Part shown: in pieces, positions 44,699 to 58,197 of the stretch
Position numbering within the stretch: position 1 is the stretch's first letter
Layout: the number at the start of each line of letters is the position of its first letter
Assembly (NCBI GenBank): GCA_949358305.1
Contig: OX442314.1
Span: forward strand, 5,518,001 to 5,582,000
Source: Strigamia acuminata
Lineage: Eukaryota
DNA: 64,000 nt
Direction of reading: 5' to 3'
The notes under the pieces: model-generated
What the model was told of the DNA's origin: nothing
Databases searched by the model: none
What the model saw: only the letters and a program-made list of their open reading frames with translations
Translations under genes and position numbers: made by a program

Positions 44699-47600
44699 CG
44701 TGTGACGGTGACGACCACAACTCCCATTTAACAATGGTACCGGGAAGAGATCGCAATAAATAAACAGTGAATACAATACGAGATAAATACAAGACAGTTT
44801 ATTGTTGGTAAACAATAATATCAAGGCTAAATTATACATAGGACTAATGCCGACATTTGGCAAGTTAAATCAGCTATTAAACTATACAAAGAATTGGCCA
44901 ACTGGCCCTAGAATAATATCACTACGGGTCTGGAATATGGGAGCGGTTTCCCCATCGCTCGACCTGATTATAGATGTCATCTTAAGCCGGATGGCTGTGT
45001 CCTGGAGTCCGATACGGCTTCGCTGGTTTCCTTGGTTCGCTGTGTAAACTATCGCACGTCGATAAATCGAATGATCTGAGCATTGCGGTTGACTTTGTCT
45101 GCACCGCCACAACTTTGGGAGGATATTGGTGTAAGTAAATGTATTCATTTACTTATCAATATTCCACTTATGAATTATATTTAATTCATATCGTTGTGAA
45201 TTCTTATTTAGATATTTCGGGAATAAGTTGTCGTCAACTTATCGGTTATATTGAGTTCAATATGAGATTAAGTCTTCTGACTTGATTTTGGTCCAACTGG
45301 TTGTCGAGTTTAAGTTTTGCTGTTATAAATAAAATGAAGATTAAGCTTCCCGTCGCAACACACAATTGCCATCGATTAGAATATACGCCTTGCCATGCAG
45401 AACGGTATCAAGCGTCCCCGGCGTCGCAGCACGGTCGTCCATCGAGTGGTTGACGGTACCACGTACACAGGGGTCGATAGCTCGCGGCTCCGCACAGCAG
45501 TTTTATCTCTCGCGGTACTAATAATAGACCGACTGCTTTGGCATCGAATACCATGAGAATCAGCTTGCCAAACACTTGGTGCTACTCGTGGTTACTGTAA
45601 AACAGACTGCTTTGGCACCATCAGGTGAAGGAACCGATTCTCAACAATACCGATGCTACTCGTGGTAACGGAATACGTTCATACCGAAAAAGACAACTTG
45701 GTCCTGTCCGGAGGATACTGAATTGCACAACGGCGGGTTCTCCTTCGGCGTCGCAACCGTAAACTGTAACATTTATGCAACATAATGATCCCAGCACTTC
45801 GACTTCAATTGCCGGCGGTGGCATGATTCTGTAGAATCATGCAACGGTTCTTTGCGAATAAATCAACAAAGAACCAAAAGGTTTTTTTACGTGAACAACG
45901 AATCATATTTCTTAAGTAACAATACCAAACAGAAAATAATCAAACAGAGCTGCGGAATGGCCGATTGTTTGGGTTTATATAACCTGACTGGATTTAAGGA
46001 TTAATCCAGTCATCCAATTGGAACATGGGTTCCACGAATCCCTCCAATCCCGTATCACCGGAAGTGGATACGGAGGAGCATTTATGCAAATTATGCTAAT
46101 CCTTGTTACAACCGGAACTGGATACCCAGGACCGGAAATGGGTTCCACCAATCAGATTGATCGGTTGACCGATTGATCGCTAAACATTCTGTCCCGCAGA
46201 AATGGAAGTTACATTGTATTTAACAATGTCAGATATTTAATATATATTTATATTAATATTTAACACAATTTATTCACTTGATTAAATATACGTTTATATT
46301 TAATCATGAGGTTTTCAAGTTCGTATTCGAATTTATCGCTAATTGCGATCGCGCCATCTAGTGGCAATATGGAGCATTGACAAATGCGGGTTTTAGCAGA
46401 CGAATCTTCGTAATTATGCCGTGATACTTTAGTATCATGTGGAAATTAGTGTTTATTCTTAATAAACGAACATCTTTGTATTTGAAACATCATAAATGAC
46501 TTTATTCTAGACATTTATCAGTTTTACACAGAATATTGTAAAAATACCATCATATTGGCGCAACAGCGCTTTCTTGATAGAAAATAGGCATTTATAGCCA
46601 TTGTAAACCGTCATAGCCGCCAAAAGTCAAAGCACTGCAGAGCAGTTATTACGTGCTGACTTAGCTGCGCAAGCTCGTGAAAATGAGATTCTTCGCGCAG
46701 ATCTATTGACGGTGCAAGAAAACTTTGCAGTAGTCGTACAAAAAGTACAGGACGTGTGTGGCGAAGATAATTTTGCAAAGCCAGCCCCAGTTTTGCAAAA
46801 AGGTGCTTCCAAATCACCTGAGCTGATTGATTTAACATCAGCTAAACCAAAAGTCAGCCGACAATCAAGTTGGACTGACAGTGATGACTCACGCAGTAGT
46901 CGTGGAAGCCGAAACAGTCATCACAGTCGCAAAAAGCGAAAGCGACAGCCGGACCCGACCGAATATCATTCCCCAAAAGTTCCGCAAAATTCGGATCGAT
47001 TCTTTAGCAATAGCGACCAATTAATTGGATTGCTGGCGAAAAAGAATAAAGAACGTGAGAAACCACACGATCGTGGACGCACGCACAATAATCCGCGAGA
47101 AGGCTCACCGAAACGTGATTGTCATAACGACATCCGTGAGGGGCCGAGATACCGTGGAAATCCACCAGGTGGCGACCCACCAGGTGGAGATAGTTCAGAT
47201 GGACATGGAGGTGGCCACTCACGTGACCACAATTCGAATGGCAATCGAGGTGGAAGGGGACCACCAAATGGAGACCGTCGTCCGCCAGATGGCGACGATC
47301 CTCCGGACCCTGATCCGCCGCCAAATCCGAATCATGAATCTGCGTCAGATACAGATTCCTCACACCCCAGTGTGAGAGGGCGATCTCGTCATAGAACGCG
47401 TGGGAGAACTCAAAGACCCGATTTCTACACGAAAGATGAGATTGACCAGTTGTTGAGGCAAAATGCTCAACAACAGCGAAAAAACAGAAGGGATAAAATT
47501 ATTTTGCAAAAAATAAATGAATTTACTTCTGATAAATGGACTCATCAAACAACAGATGAAAAGTTCATTAGATGGGATCGAGTTATCCCACATGCCTATA

Positions 47601-48690
47601 ATGGAAGTTGGCAAGCAGGGTCAAACCTCTTGCTGGAAATATTCGAACTAGGCAAAGTTCACAGTTTTAGCTGTGAAGGTGCATTGGCCCATCTAGTACC
47701 GAGAATACTGGTTGGCGATGTCAAGGAGTGGTTTCGCAGGAAAGACTTTACGAAGTGGGATGACTTCGTTAAACAATTTATGTTTAAATTTGGTGAATCG
47801 AGCGAAGACATCAAGACGCTCTGGAGATGTCTTAAGCAACGAAAAGGCGAAAGCTTGCATTCGTACATGCTAAGAGCAGAGAATCTGCTTGGCAGAATGC
47901 CACACGCTGTTACTGATGCAACAGCAGATGATCAGTTTAGAGCTGGTCTCACAGAATATAGTAAGAATATTCTGATGATGTCGGACGCTCCCGACCCGGG
48001 GAAATTCTCCGAGTTAAACGAGTTCATGGAGGTCAATCAATTGCGCATTGACGAAAAGTACAAAGCTTACCTTACAGATGCCGAAAGGTCAGCGTACTTA
48101 AAGCGAGAGAAAAGACTCGCTGAGCAAAACAATGAAACCTTTAATGGTTTGAAATTGTTGCAGCCACCTAGTTACGAAGACTTTCTAGACGAAGTGGAAG
48201 GAAAGAGTTCGAAAAAAGAATCTTCCAAAAAGGACGTCAAAAATCCTCATTCAGTCCCTAAGTTACATGCAAATATAACTGGAGCTGAAACTCCGCCGTC
48301 TGAAGCTGAAGAAGCTGAAGAGGAGGAGGAAGCAGGAGACGAGACGTTGGCTTTATTGGCCAAAGCAGCGGCGTTGTTAGCAAAAAATAACCCCGTTGCA
48401 GGCAAATGGAAGCCAAGAATGAAACCAAAAAATGTTTCATTTGACGCATCAAAGGTGAATACCGAAAGGAATTCAAAGTCACCTGCAGTGTCGCCTGAGC
48501 GCCGGTCTGACGCTCGTTCTCGTTCTGCCTCACCAGCAGCAACGAAAAAGAAATCGCCTGCCACTGATCCATGCAATTTATGCAAAAAATTAGGGCATTG
48601 GCAAAAAGACTGCCCATCCTCTAAAAAGGACAAACCAGTGTCAACAGCTGAGTTTGAAAAAGCAGTCAAGATCATAACTGACATGTTTCG

Positions 48691-51600
48691 AAAAAACTTG
48701 TAGACGCAGATCCATCAGGTCTAGTGGACGCTGCGTCACCTCCGAAATCGGAATCAGAGAATGAAAATCTGAAAATATTGGATGAAATCGAAACTACAAT
48801 CAATGAACTAATTCAGCAAATTGAATTAGAAGAATCTCTAGAATTAAAAAAGGAGATTGTCGGCGAAACTCCGACTAACAATGATTCCAATATTCAAGAT
48901 AAAGTCGAAATTAAAGAAGATAGACCAAGCTCAGTTCCAGAGACACCTGGAATTGAGGAATGCATTAAGTTATTTGCAACTACAACTCTTGATACCAATG
49001 AGTTATTGGACGAACTGCCTTTGGAGCCTCCAATTACAGTTCCTCATAAATTGCGCAAGTTTGAGTGCAAAGTGGCTGGAATTCCCAACAGCCAAGACCT
49101 TCCAACGCTCAAATTAGAAACGTTAAAAGGTGTAATAACTGGTATGTTGGACTCAGGAGCAAATAAGAGCTTCCTAGCCACTTCAGTTATTAATCAATTA
49201 GGTCTAGAAGAATATCTACGACCTATCGGACCTGGTGTCAGAGTCACGACGGCAAGTGAAGAAGTCACTCCAGATGGAACTATCCATCTTTCATTTCGAT
49301 GGACACATGGCACGTTACGCCATCCGTTCATCGTAATACCAAATAAGTATCCAATGGTACTATTGGGTTGCGATTTTATGAATAAATTGAAAATCCAACC
49401 TAATCCACAGACGATGTCTTGGAATTTCACGAAACCTGTGGATGCAGATTTACCCTACATTCCACAAGCGTTGCTGGATCGTTATTTGGAGAAAATAGAG
49501 GAACCCGATTCCTCATTTGTGACCTTTGCAAAAGCTTACGCTGCGAGTGTAACTCAAGGCAAAATTGATGAAGAGAATTTCATCCAAAAGTTAGTCGAAG
49601 AAGCTAACTTAAATTTGGAGCAATCCAAATTATTAGAAAAAATGTTATCCAAACATAAAAGGATTATTTCTAAAGATCCAGGTAAAACACACCTGGTTAA
49701 GCACAAAATTGAGCTTGACACGGATAAACCCATACGTGTCCCCTTTAAGAGCATAAACCCTCAAAAAAGGGAAATAATCAGACAACTTTGTCAAGACATG
49801 ATTGACAAAGGCGTGGTCGTCAAAGCTGATGGCGATTACGGATGCGGCCAGTCCTAGTCATGCGACCAGGAAACGACCCACGTCTGTGTATTGATTTTCG
49901 CCCCATCAATACACATACTAAGTACAACCCACCTCAAATGCCAACAATTGAGGAAATTCTGCGAGAAATCGGAGAATTCGAATGGGTCAGTACTATAGAT
50001 CTGACCAAGGGATATTGGCAGATAGAATTGCGACCTGAAGACAGAGAAAAAACTGCCTTCTGGAGCCCAATGGGAAGACTAATGTTTTTAGTAATGCCTT
50101 TCGGATTAGTAAACGCACCAACTACTTTCCAAGAACTGATGGAAAAAGTTTTGGGTGACGTTTACAGAAAATTTGCATGGGCATATTTGGATGACATAAT
50201 TGTTGTATCCAAATCGTTCGATGAACACATTAAACATTTAGATATAGTGTTTAAAAAATTGGCAGAAGCTAATTTACATGCGCATCCTGGCAAGACGCAT
50301 CTCTGTAGAAAGGAATTAATTTTTCTAGGCTACAAAGTAGGAGTCGAAGGACTTGCAGTTGACCCTAAAAAAGTCGCTGCAATTACGCAATTTCCGGCTC
50401 CTACCAATCTTAAGGAATTGCAAAGATTTCTAGGCATGGTGAATTTCTTTCACCGCCTAATCAAGAATTTGGCCACGGTTGCAGAACCACTAAGGCCTCT
50501 CTTGAAGAAAGATGCGGAGTTCGATTGGGAACTGCATCATCAGGCAGCATTCGACGCCATAAAAGACTTACTTACGAATGCTGAAACAATGAAGATGCCC
50601 GACTTGTACATGCCATTCATTGTTCATACTGACGCCAGTAGACAAGGGTTGGGTGCAGCCCTTACACAAAAGAAGATTGTGGATGGCCAAGAAGTCGAAA
50701 TGCCATGCGTGTATGCAAGCAGAAGCTTGCAGCTCGCAGAGAAAAATTATACTGTGACAGAATTGGAATGTCTCGCAGTAGTATGGGGATTACGCAAATT
50801 TCGCCCATACTTAGAGTACACTACATTCACTGTACAAACGGATCACCAAGCCTTAAAATGGTTGATGTCGTTATCTGACCCGTCGGGCAGATTAGCTCGT
50901 TGGCAAATGGAGCTGATGGCGTATTCGTTCGAAATACAATACGTCAAAGGTCCGCTAAATGTAATAGCAGACGCATTGTCACGTGCACCTGTCAGCGCAC
51001 CTGACGAACCAGAAGACGATGGCGATAATGATGATTTATTATCATATTGTCCATCTCCTTGCCGAAGTTGGCAAATGGGAAAATTGAACGAATTGCCCAA
51101 GTCGATAATAGTCAATGAAGATGATCAAGCATTAATTAATTTCTGTATTAATATGCATGATCCGTCAGGAACCCCTGACGTCGAATTAAGAGCTATGATG
51201 GCTAAAAAATTCGAGCTGCCAACAACAAATGTTTTAATTAAAGCATTTGCAGCTAAAATTGCTAAGCAATTAGAATGTGATCCTCCGACGAGAGATGACA
51301 TTATTGCAGCGCAAAAAGCAGACAAATTTTGCCAACATATTCGCAATTACTTGTTAAACAAGCAATATCCAAGTTACATAGTAACTCGTCTTCAAAGAAG
51401 AAATTTTGAAAGACACGCGAGTACTTATCTCATTGAAGAAGATATGTTGCTCCATTATCATCCTACCTCTACCGATGAATTAGGAGAGGATGGTAGGGCA
51501 CTTAAAGTTGTTGTGCCAAGAAAATTGATTTATAAAATCATTTGGTTGATGCACGGACATCCACTGTCCGGCCATCCAGGCATTGCGAGGACAATGTACA

Positions 51601-52940
51601 GAACTCGAAGAGTTTATACCTGGAAAGGTATGAAATGTGATATTACACGTTTTATTCAACATTGTCAAGGATGTCAGGCCTGTAAGCCCAGATCAAAGAC
51701 AGAAATAGAAGGCGCTCAATTAGGACCATTTGGACCATTTGACTGCCTCAGTGTGGATTTGTCTGGTCCCAAACCGAGAACCAGGAGAAACAATACCCAC
51801 ATTTGCGTCATCGTAGATGTCGCTACACATTGGCCCGAATTATTTCCAATGTGTAATCCCACGGCAATAAAAGTTGCCAACACAATTTATCACTTATCAA
51901 TGACTTTTGGATTTCCGAGACAAATTATAAGTGATAATGGACCACAATTTCGATCACAGGTCTATAAAGAATTTTGCAAAAAATTCAGTATGTCGCGAAC
52001 ACCGACATCGATTTATCATCCACAAAGCAATCCTGTGGAGAGAACCAATCGAGATATTAAATATTTAGTTTCGATTTATTTAGATATTCACGACCAATGG
52101 GATGAGTATCTACGCGAATTCGCATTCAGTTTAAAAACAACTGTAACAAGAGGCAGAGATTATTCTCCAGCTTTCTTAAATTTCTTTAAAGAATTAAGGA
52201 TTTCTTGGGATCCAAGAATTCCAGAAGGAATTTTGGTTATTGACCCAAAAAATCCGCATTTATATGTTCAAAAATTAGAAGCAATAATTGCAGAGACGTA
52301 TCAACATATGATGTCTCACGTCTTAGATTTGAGACGCCGTATCGAAGCTGAAAAATCAGACAAAAAATTCGATAATTTCAGACAGAATGATTTAGTCTGG
52401 CGAGAGTCTCATATTCTCTCAAATGCCGCTAAAGGAATAGCAGCAGGCATTTCACCGAAAAGGAATGGGCCTTATGTAATTGTCAAAAGGTTACAAGGAG
52501 GCGCCTTTCAACTTCGACGGCTGAGCGATAATAAAAATTATCCAGCCGTTCACGGCACCGAATTAACGCCGTACTTTCCCGTTTTCAACCAAGAAATTTG
52601 GCTGGAAGGGGAGGAAGTGGGTCAAAAAACAAAAAATATTGTTAATACCTTGGATGATGCTGAATTATCCAAAATTCCTGTCGAAAACACGGAATCGAGT
52701 GAAAAATCGAAACTCAAAAATAACGAAGTCGATGAAATAAACAAGCGACTTGAAAATGTTTCTCTTGATGAAAATCTAGAAAAGGAAATGTTTTTAGAAA
52801 AAGAAAAAATTTCAAACAATTCAGGAAATAACTCATCTGACATTGGAGACGATGCAGATGACAATCTAAACAAGTTGGATTGTACTTCGCGAAAGTCAAA
52901 GTACAACTTGAGATCTCGCGTTCCGCGAGCCAAGACATAG
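48691..52940 (+). pseudogene. pol: E2 pol with a 1-bp deletion at ~49842
   Basis: MLDSGA, YLDD, RNase H and integrase motifs. GGA-TGCGG lacks one A relative to the GGA ATG (G-M-R) of E1, splitting ORFs 48724-49857 and 49842-52940. Confidence 0.9.
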
Positions 52941-55337
52941 CGTTGACTTTCACCTTTTGGGTTTACCCAAAAAAGATCCGAGAGAGCAATCTCGTGACGT
53001 CATTCGTAGTCCACACTCGAATGACAACGTTCACAATGCGTTATAATTTGTGACGTCATTCGGTGTCACCGAAACAAGTTCGTTTCTCCAATCAACGAAC
53101 TTAGCCACTTTTCCGATAAGTTTTGAAGTGGATGCATCGACTCCGATACAGCACGACAGTTTTTCTTGATTCAACAAACTGTAAGTAGTTTTTCTGAAAG
53201 AAAAATTTGATAAATATATTTAATATAATTTATTAATTCTTTCTAGCCGAAAGAATTTCTTTTTCGACGCGAAAAAGAAGGAGAATGGCAGACGACCAAG
53301 TCAACCTCCATGCGGACGAAGAAATGCCGCTGGAAGGGGCCAACAACGAGGCCCAGCTAACGTTGCAAGAGAGGGTAAATTATTAAAATAAATTTTACCA
53401 AGTGTTTAAGTCAGAAAAATTGAATAATTTCACTTTTCCTGACTTCAAACACAAGCCGCTAAAAAATAAAAATGGCGGCTATAAAAGTCACGTGCTTCAA
53501 GCATGTGCGAAGGGAGTTGCCATGACAACCAACATCCCTTAGTGGCTCACGGCCACAAGCGCTAAGCTTAAAAAATATTTCAAATAAGAAATTATTTGTT
53601 TATTTTTAAAATAAACTAATTTATTTATTTTTTCTTCGAATATAGATCGAGAGAATTTTGCAAAAAATTCAGTATGTCGCGAACACCGACATCGATTTAT
53701 CATCCACAAAGCAATCCTGTGGAGAGAACCAATCGAGATATTAAATATTTAGTTTCGATTTATTTAGATATTCACGACCAATGGGATGAGTATCTACGCG
53801 AATTCGCATTCAGTTTAAAAACAACTGTAACAAGAGGCAGAGATTATTCTCCAGCTTTCTTAAATTTCTTTAAAGAATTAAGGATTTCTTGGGATCCAAG
53901 AATTCCAGAAGGAATTTTGGTTATTGACCCAAAAAATCCGCATTTATATGTTCAAAAATTAGAAGCAATAATTGCAGAGACGTATCAACATATGATGTCT
54001 CACGTCTTAGATTTGAGACGCCGTATCGAAGCTGAAAAATCAGACAAAAAATTCGATAATTTCAGACAGAATGATTTAGTCTGGCGAGAGTCTCATATTC
54101 TCTCAAATGCCGCTAAAGGAATAGCAGCAGGCATTTCACCGAAAAGGAATGGGCCTTATGTAATTGTCAAAAGGTTACAAGGAGGCGCCTTTCAACTTCG
54201 ACGGCTGAGCGATAATAAAAATTATCCAGCCGTTCACGGCACCGAATTAACGCCGTACTTTCCCGTTTTCAACCAAGAAATTTGGCTGGAAGGGGAGGAA
54301 GTGGGTCAAAAAACAAAAAATATTGTTAATACCTTGGATGATGCTGAATTATCCAAAATTCCTGTCGAAAACACGGAATCGAGTGAAAAATCGAAACTCA
54401 AAAATAACGAAGTCGATGAAATAAACAAGCGACTTGAAAATGTTTCTCTTGATGAAAATCTAGAAAAGGAAATGTTTTTAGAAAAAGAAAAAATTTCAAA
54501 CAATTCAGGAAATAACTCATCTGACATTGGAGACGATGCAGATGACAATCTAAACAAGTTGGATTGTACTTCGCGAAAGTCAAAGTACAACTTGAGATCT
54601 CGCGTTCCGCGAGCCAAGACATAGCGTTGACTTTCACCTTTTGGGTTTACCCAAAAAAGATCCGAGAGAGCAATCTCGTGACGTCATTCGTAGTCCACAC
54701 TCGAATGACAACGTTCACAATGCGTTATAATTTGTGACGTCATTCGGTGTCACCGAAACAAGTTCGTTTCTCCAATCAACGAACTTAGCCACTTTTCCGA
54801 TAAGTTTTGAAGTGGATGCATCGACTCCGATACAGCACGACAGTTTTTCTTGATTCAACAAACTGTAAGTAGTTTTTCTGAAAGAAAAATTTGATAAATA
54901 TATTTAATATAATTTATTAATTCTTTCTAGCCGAAAGAATTTCTTTTTCGACGCGAAAAAGAAGGAGAATGGCAGACGACCAAGTCAACCTCCATGCGGA
55001 CGAAGAAATGCCGCTGGAAGGGGCCAACAACGAGGCCCAGCTAACGTTGCAAGAGAGGGTAAATTATTAAAATAAATTTTACCAAGTGTTTAAGTCAGAA
55101 AAATTGAATAATTTCACTTTTCCTGACTTCAAACACAAGCCGCTAAAAAATAAAAATGGCGGCTATAAAAGTCACGTGCTTCAAGCATGTGCGAAGGGAG
55201 TTGCCATGACAACCAACATCCCTTAGTGGCTCACGGCCACAAGCGCTAAGCTTAAAAAATATTTCAAATAAGAAATTATTTGTTTATTTTTAAAATAAAC
55301 TAATTTATTTATTTTTTCTTCGAATATAGATCGAGAG
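51970..55337 (+). repeat. 1684-bp tandem duplication inside E2
   Basis: 51970-53653 matches 53654-55337 (integrase 3' half, ORF3 promoter region, first exons and introns); 2-bp AG microhomology at the junction. Confidence 0.92.
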
Positions 55338-57606
55338 GGATCGAGAAACGCCGTTTGCGCTCCCCGATCATGTGCCGACCCAGCACCCGCTGATTTTTCG
55401 AGCGGCGTTGCCCGAAAAAATTAGACGCCTGAAGACGGCAAACAACACGTGGTGGAAGTTGCGCCACGACTTCTCGAAGTCCGTCCTGCAAGGTCTTGGA
55501 GCAAAAAGCCGGTTCATCGAGCGCCTTCACGTCGACGAAATCGAGTGGACGCTCGACGAGAGCCCCCCAGGACCACTAGCTGCCGAGCTGCTGCACAACC
55601 AGTGGCCAGTGACGCCCCGAGAGCGTCACGAGCGCAGAAGAGTGCTCAGGAGTACTGGAATTAATTACGGTGCTCTCAACCAAGTGAGGAAAAACCTCAA
55701 GACGACTCAGCGAGAGGTCGTACAACGGTACCGCAAGTCCGTTCGTGACGGGAACCCGCAATTTCCCGCCACACAAACCGAGCTCCACCAGTTGGCGCTC
55801 GCCGGGTGTTTTAATGACTTTCCGGGATTTTTCCCGTCAAAGGCACTCAAAGCTGCCGCTGTGCAGCTTCTAGTCGATGAAAATCGACAGCTCGTGCGAG
55901 AGAGAGAACTCGACGAGCAAGCACGATGTGCTTTGCCATTCTTCCGAGAAGATGCGCTACCGGCCCCAGCGGCCAACAATCCTCCGCCGCAAGACGAGGA
56001 TTTGAGGGTGGGGCAACTCCCTCCGCCGATTCCAGTCCGACCGATGTTCCGCGAATCGAGCCGCGATCGAGAAGAGCGAAAGAGGCGATCGCGCCCATAT
56101 TCGACTGACGCACCACCACCACGCCCGCAGTCGCGACGAGGACGGACTCCAGAGTCATTCGGCTCGTCGTCTTCGTTAAGCTTCGAATCGGACTCCACCT
56201 TCAAGTCCGCACGAAGTAGCCGAACCGCCTCCACGTTCAAAGTGGACAACCCAGCTACTCCATACGCCATGAGACGTGTCGTCGGTGATATCTCTCCCGA
56301 CTGTAGCGTGCCTGTACCTGGACACGCTAGCCGCTTGCCCGAGCATGGATATGCTCCCCGCTTGCCGGCTGGAGTTAGCAACCTGCAACTCCGGCCATTT
56401 TTCAGTGAGTCATTCGGACCACAATGGACCTGCTACGAGCAGCAGCCCATTAGAGCGCAGCAAGAAGTGCTTCAAAAGCTGGACGCGTACCAAAGCGCCC
56501 AGATCGCCGAGTCGCAGAAGGACTGGCAGAGACTGGCTGAAAGGCTAGAACTCTCCGACATCAAGACCATTGATGATCCCCGTCTGATGGACTTTCAGCG
56601 TCAGCTAATTCCGGGGATGACTAGGGTGTTGTACCCTGGTGTTCTTCCTTCGCCAGGACAGGCGTTAGCGGCCATTACTTACCTTTGGACCGCCCCGATG
56701 GGCCTGTCGGAGAAGAAAGTCGAGCTGTGGTACTACATCCGGCTCGACCCGCCTACGATCTTAGCCGAGCTAATTAAGCAAGTCGTAGCTAACGGCGAGA
56801 CCGAAGAAGAGGCCGCCGTTCGGTTGCGAACCGAGTGGTCCTTTGCGAAGGCCACGGCGCAAGCGACCGGGAAAACACCGCTCCCGGTTACGAGCGCCAC
56901 AGCAGCCTCGTCACTAGCTGCTTTTCAGTCGGCCCAAGAAGGCGCTGGATGCTCGTTTTGGCAGGAGAACCCGAGAAGTTCTCAAACTCCAGCCGGAGTT
57001 CAACGGGTAGTCGAACCCCGTAAGCTCCCCGGAGTTGGTCGAGCGCAGGGACGAGGCGTCACAACCTCGTCAACCTCCGCACCCGCGTTGGTTTTCATGG
57101 GCTCGCCGAGCCATTTCGACGATGCCACGACGGAAGATTCGCGACCGCCGCCACCGCATCCACCAGCCAAGCCGGAGAAGACGGTTAAGCCGCTGAAGAA
57201 AGAGTCGGCTTTCAAGACTCTGATGCGCCTGTATCCACACTTCTATTTGACGCCGGATACGCGAACACTGCTTAGCAACAATCACAAGTTGTCGAGGCAG
57301 GTGTTTATGTGGCTCGAAGACCACATTCGGGTGTTAAGCCCACCATCAGTGCTCCACGACCGACTCCTGAGAGCACGATTGGCGCCAGAAGATCCGATAG
57401 AGTTTGCGGCGCTAGGATTTTTCAACCGAGCGAACTCGGCAAGAATCATTCAGGTTTGGCTTCATGTCAACCCTGGAATGGTCTCCGGACCAAACGCAGG
57501 TCGCGACCTGTGTATTGTTAACGAGCGGTCCAATCCGAGGGACGACGCCACGGATATGATGCGCCCGTTGACGCCTGAGCGAACTCAGAGCATGGACGAA
57601 TCATAA
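54969..57606 (+). CDS. E2 spliced third ORF, unknown function (~788 aa; exons 54969-55058 and 55330-57606)
   Basis: 30-codon exon ends AGG|GTAAAT; a 271-nt intron ends ATAG at 55329; in-frame join. A further 66-nt GT-AG intron (54865-54930) lies in the leader. Homologous to E1 ORF3. Confidence 0.75.
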
Positions 57607-57658
57607 ATTGGTTCGTTCATTTTCTCTCCATGTAAGATTCGTCTTAAATGGGGGGATG

Positions 57659-58197
57659 TGTGGTGATCTCAATGTATTTCACCAACTTAGAAGATAAAAT
57701 TAATTGTCTTCTAATTAATTTGACTGTGGCACACGCCAAGTCTGATCATGTGACCGAGGGGAGAAATCCTCTCTAGGCACATATCACCCCAGGTTGTCCG
57801 GGGTGAAGACGGTTATTAGCCGTTATGGTGCAATATGGTGTAATAACCACTAGTTGCACCCATTTGAGCTAAGTGCGCAGGTTTTCTGCACAATATTGAA
57901 GCGTGCTGGGCTCGCGCCTTGGCTCAAATCGGGACTCTTGACAAAAATACACACACCACAACATCACTGCTTGTTCGCTCCTGAAAAGTATTGATAGTGG
58001 ACCGTGTATTCCAAGTTTCACCAGCTTGCTTTGTAAAACATACAAAGCCAGCTATCCTGCTTGAATTAGCCGCAGCTAATTCCAGCAATCGTAACGAGAA
58101 GTAGAAGTTTCCCGATGATCGTGAACCATCGCCGTCGCTGTCGCGCGAACGTCAGCCACCGCCATCGAACGAGAGCCGGACGCCTGCCCCGTGAACC
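57659..58197 (+). repeat. E2 3' LTR, 5' part
   Basis: Copy of 35169-35707, interrupted by the Copia LTR at 58198. Confidence 0.95.

Larger units (their letters stand above)
37185..46615 (-). mobile_element. Non-autonomous LTR element E3 (LARD-like), no gag/pol
   Basis: 1915-bp LTRs at 44701-46615 (5') and 37185-39099 (3'). TSD GCCG at 37181-37184 and 46616-46619. PBS 44698-44681; PPT AAGGGGGATG next to 39099. AT-rich interior with one long ORF. Confidence 0.93.
36245..48703 (+). pseudogene. gag: E2 gag interrupted by E3 (~1007 aa when reconstituted)
   Basis: Removing E3 and one GCCG joins 36245-37184 to 46620-48703 in one open frame. Capsid-like region similar to E1; knuckle CNLCKKLGHWQKDC. 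Confidence 0.9.
35169..58197 (+). mobile_element. Ty3/Gypsy element E2 (relative of E1), host of nested insertions; continues beyond the Copia, outside the window
   Basis: 5' LTR 35169-36132; PBS TGGGGGCCCGTCCGGGAT at 36135-36152 (tRNA-Pro-like); gag, pol, ORF3; PPT 57650-57658; 3' LTR from 57659 cut at 58197. Confidence 0.95.

Noticed and set aside
49830..49857. Second programmed frameshift in E2 pol
   Set aside because: No slippery site, and E1 is continuous here. A 1-bp deletion or sequencing error explains it.
53674..54624. Separate integrase-like gene
   Set aside because: Copy of the pol 3' end made by the 1684-bp duplication; lacks the HHCC and first catalytic residues.
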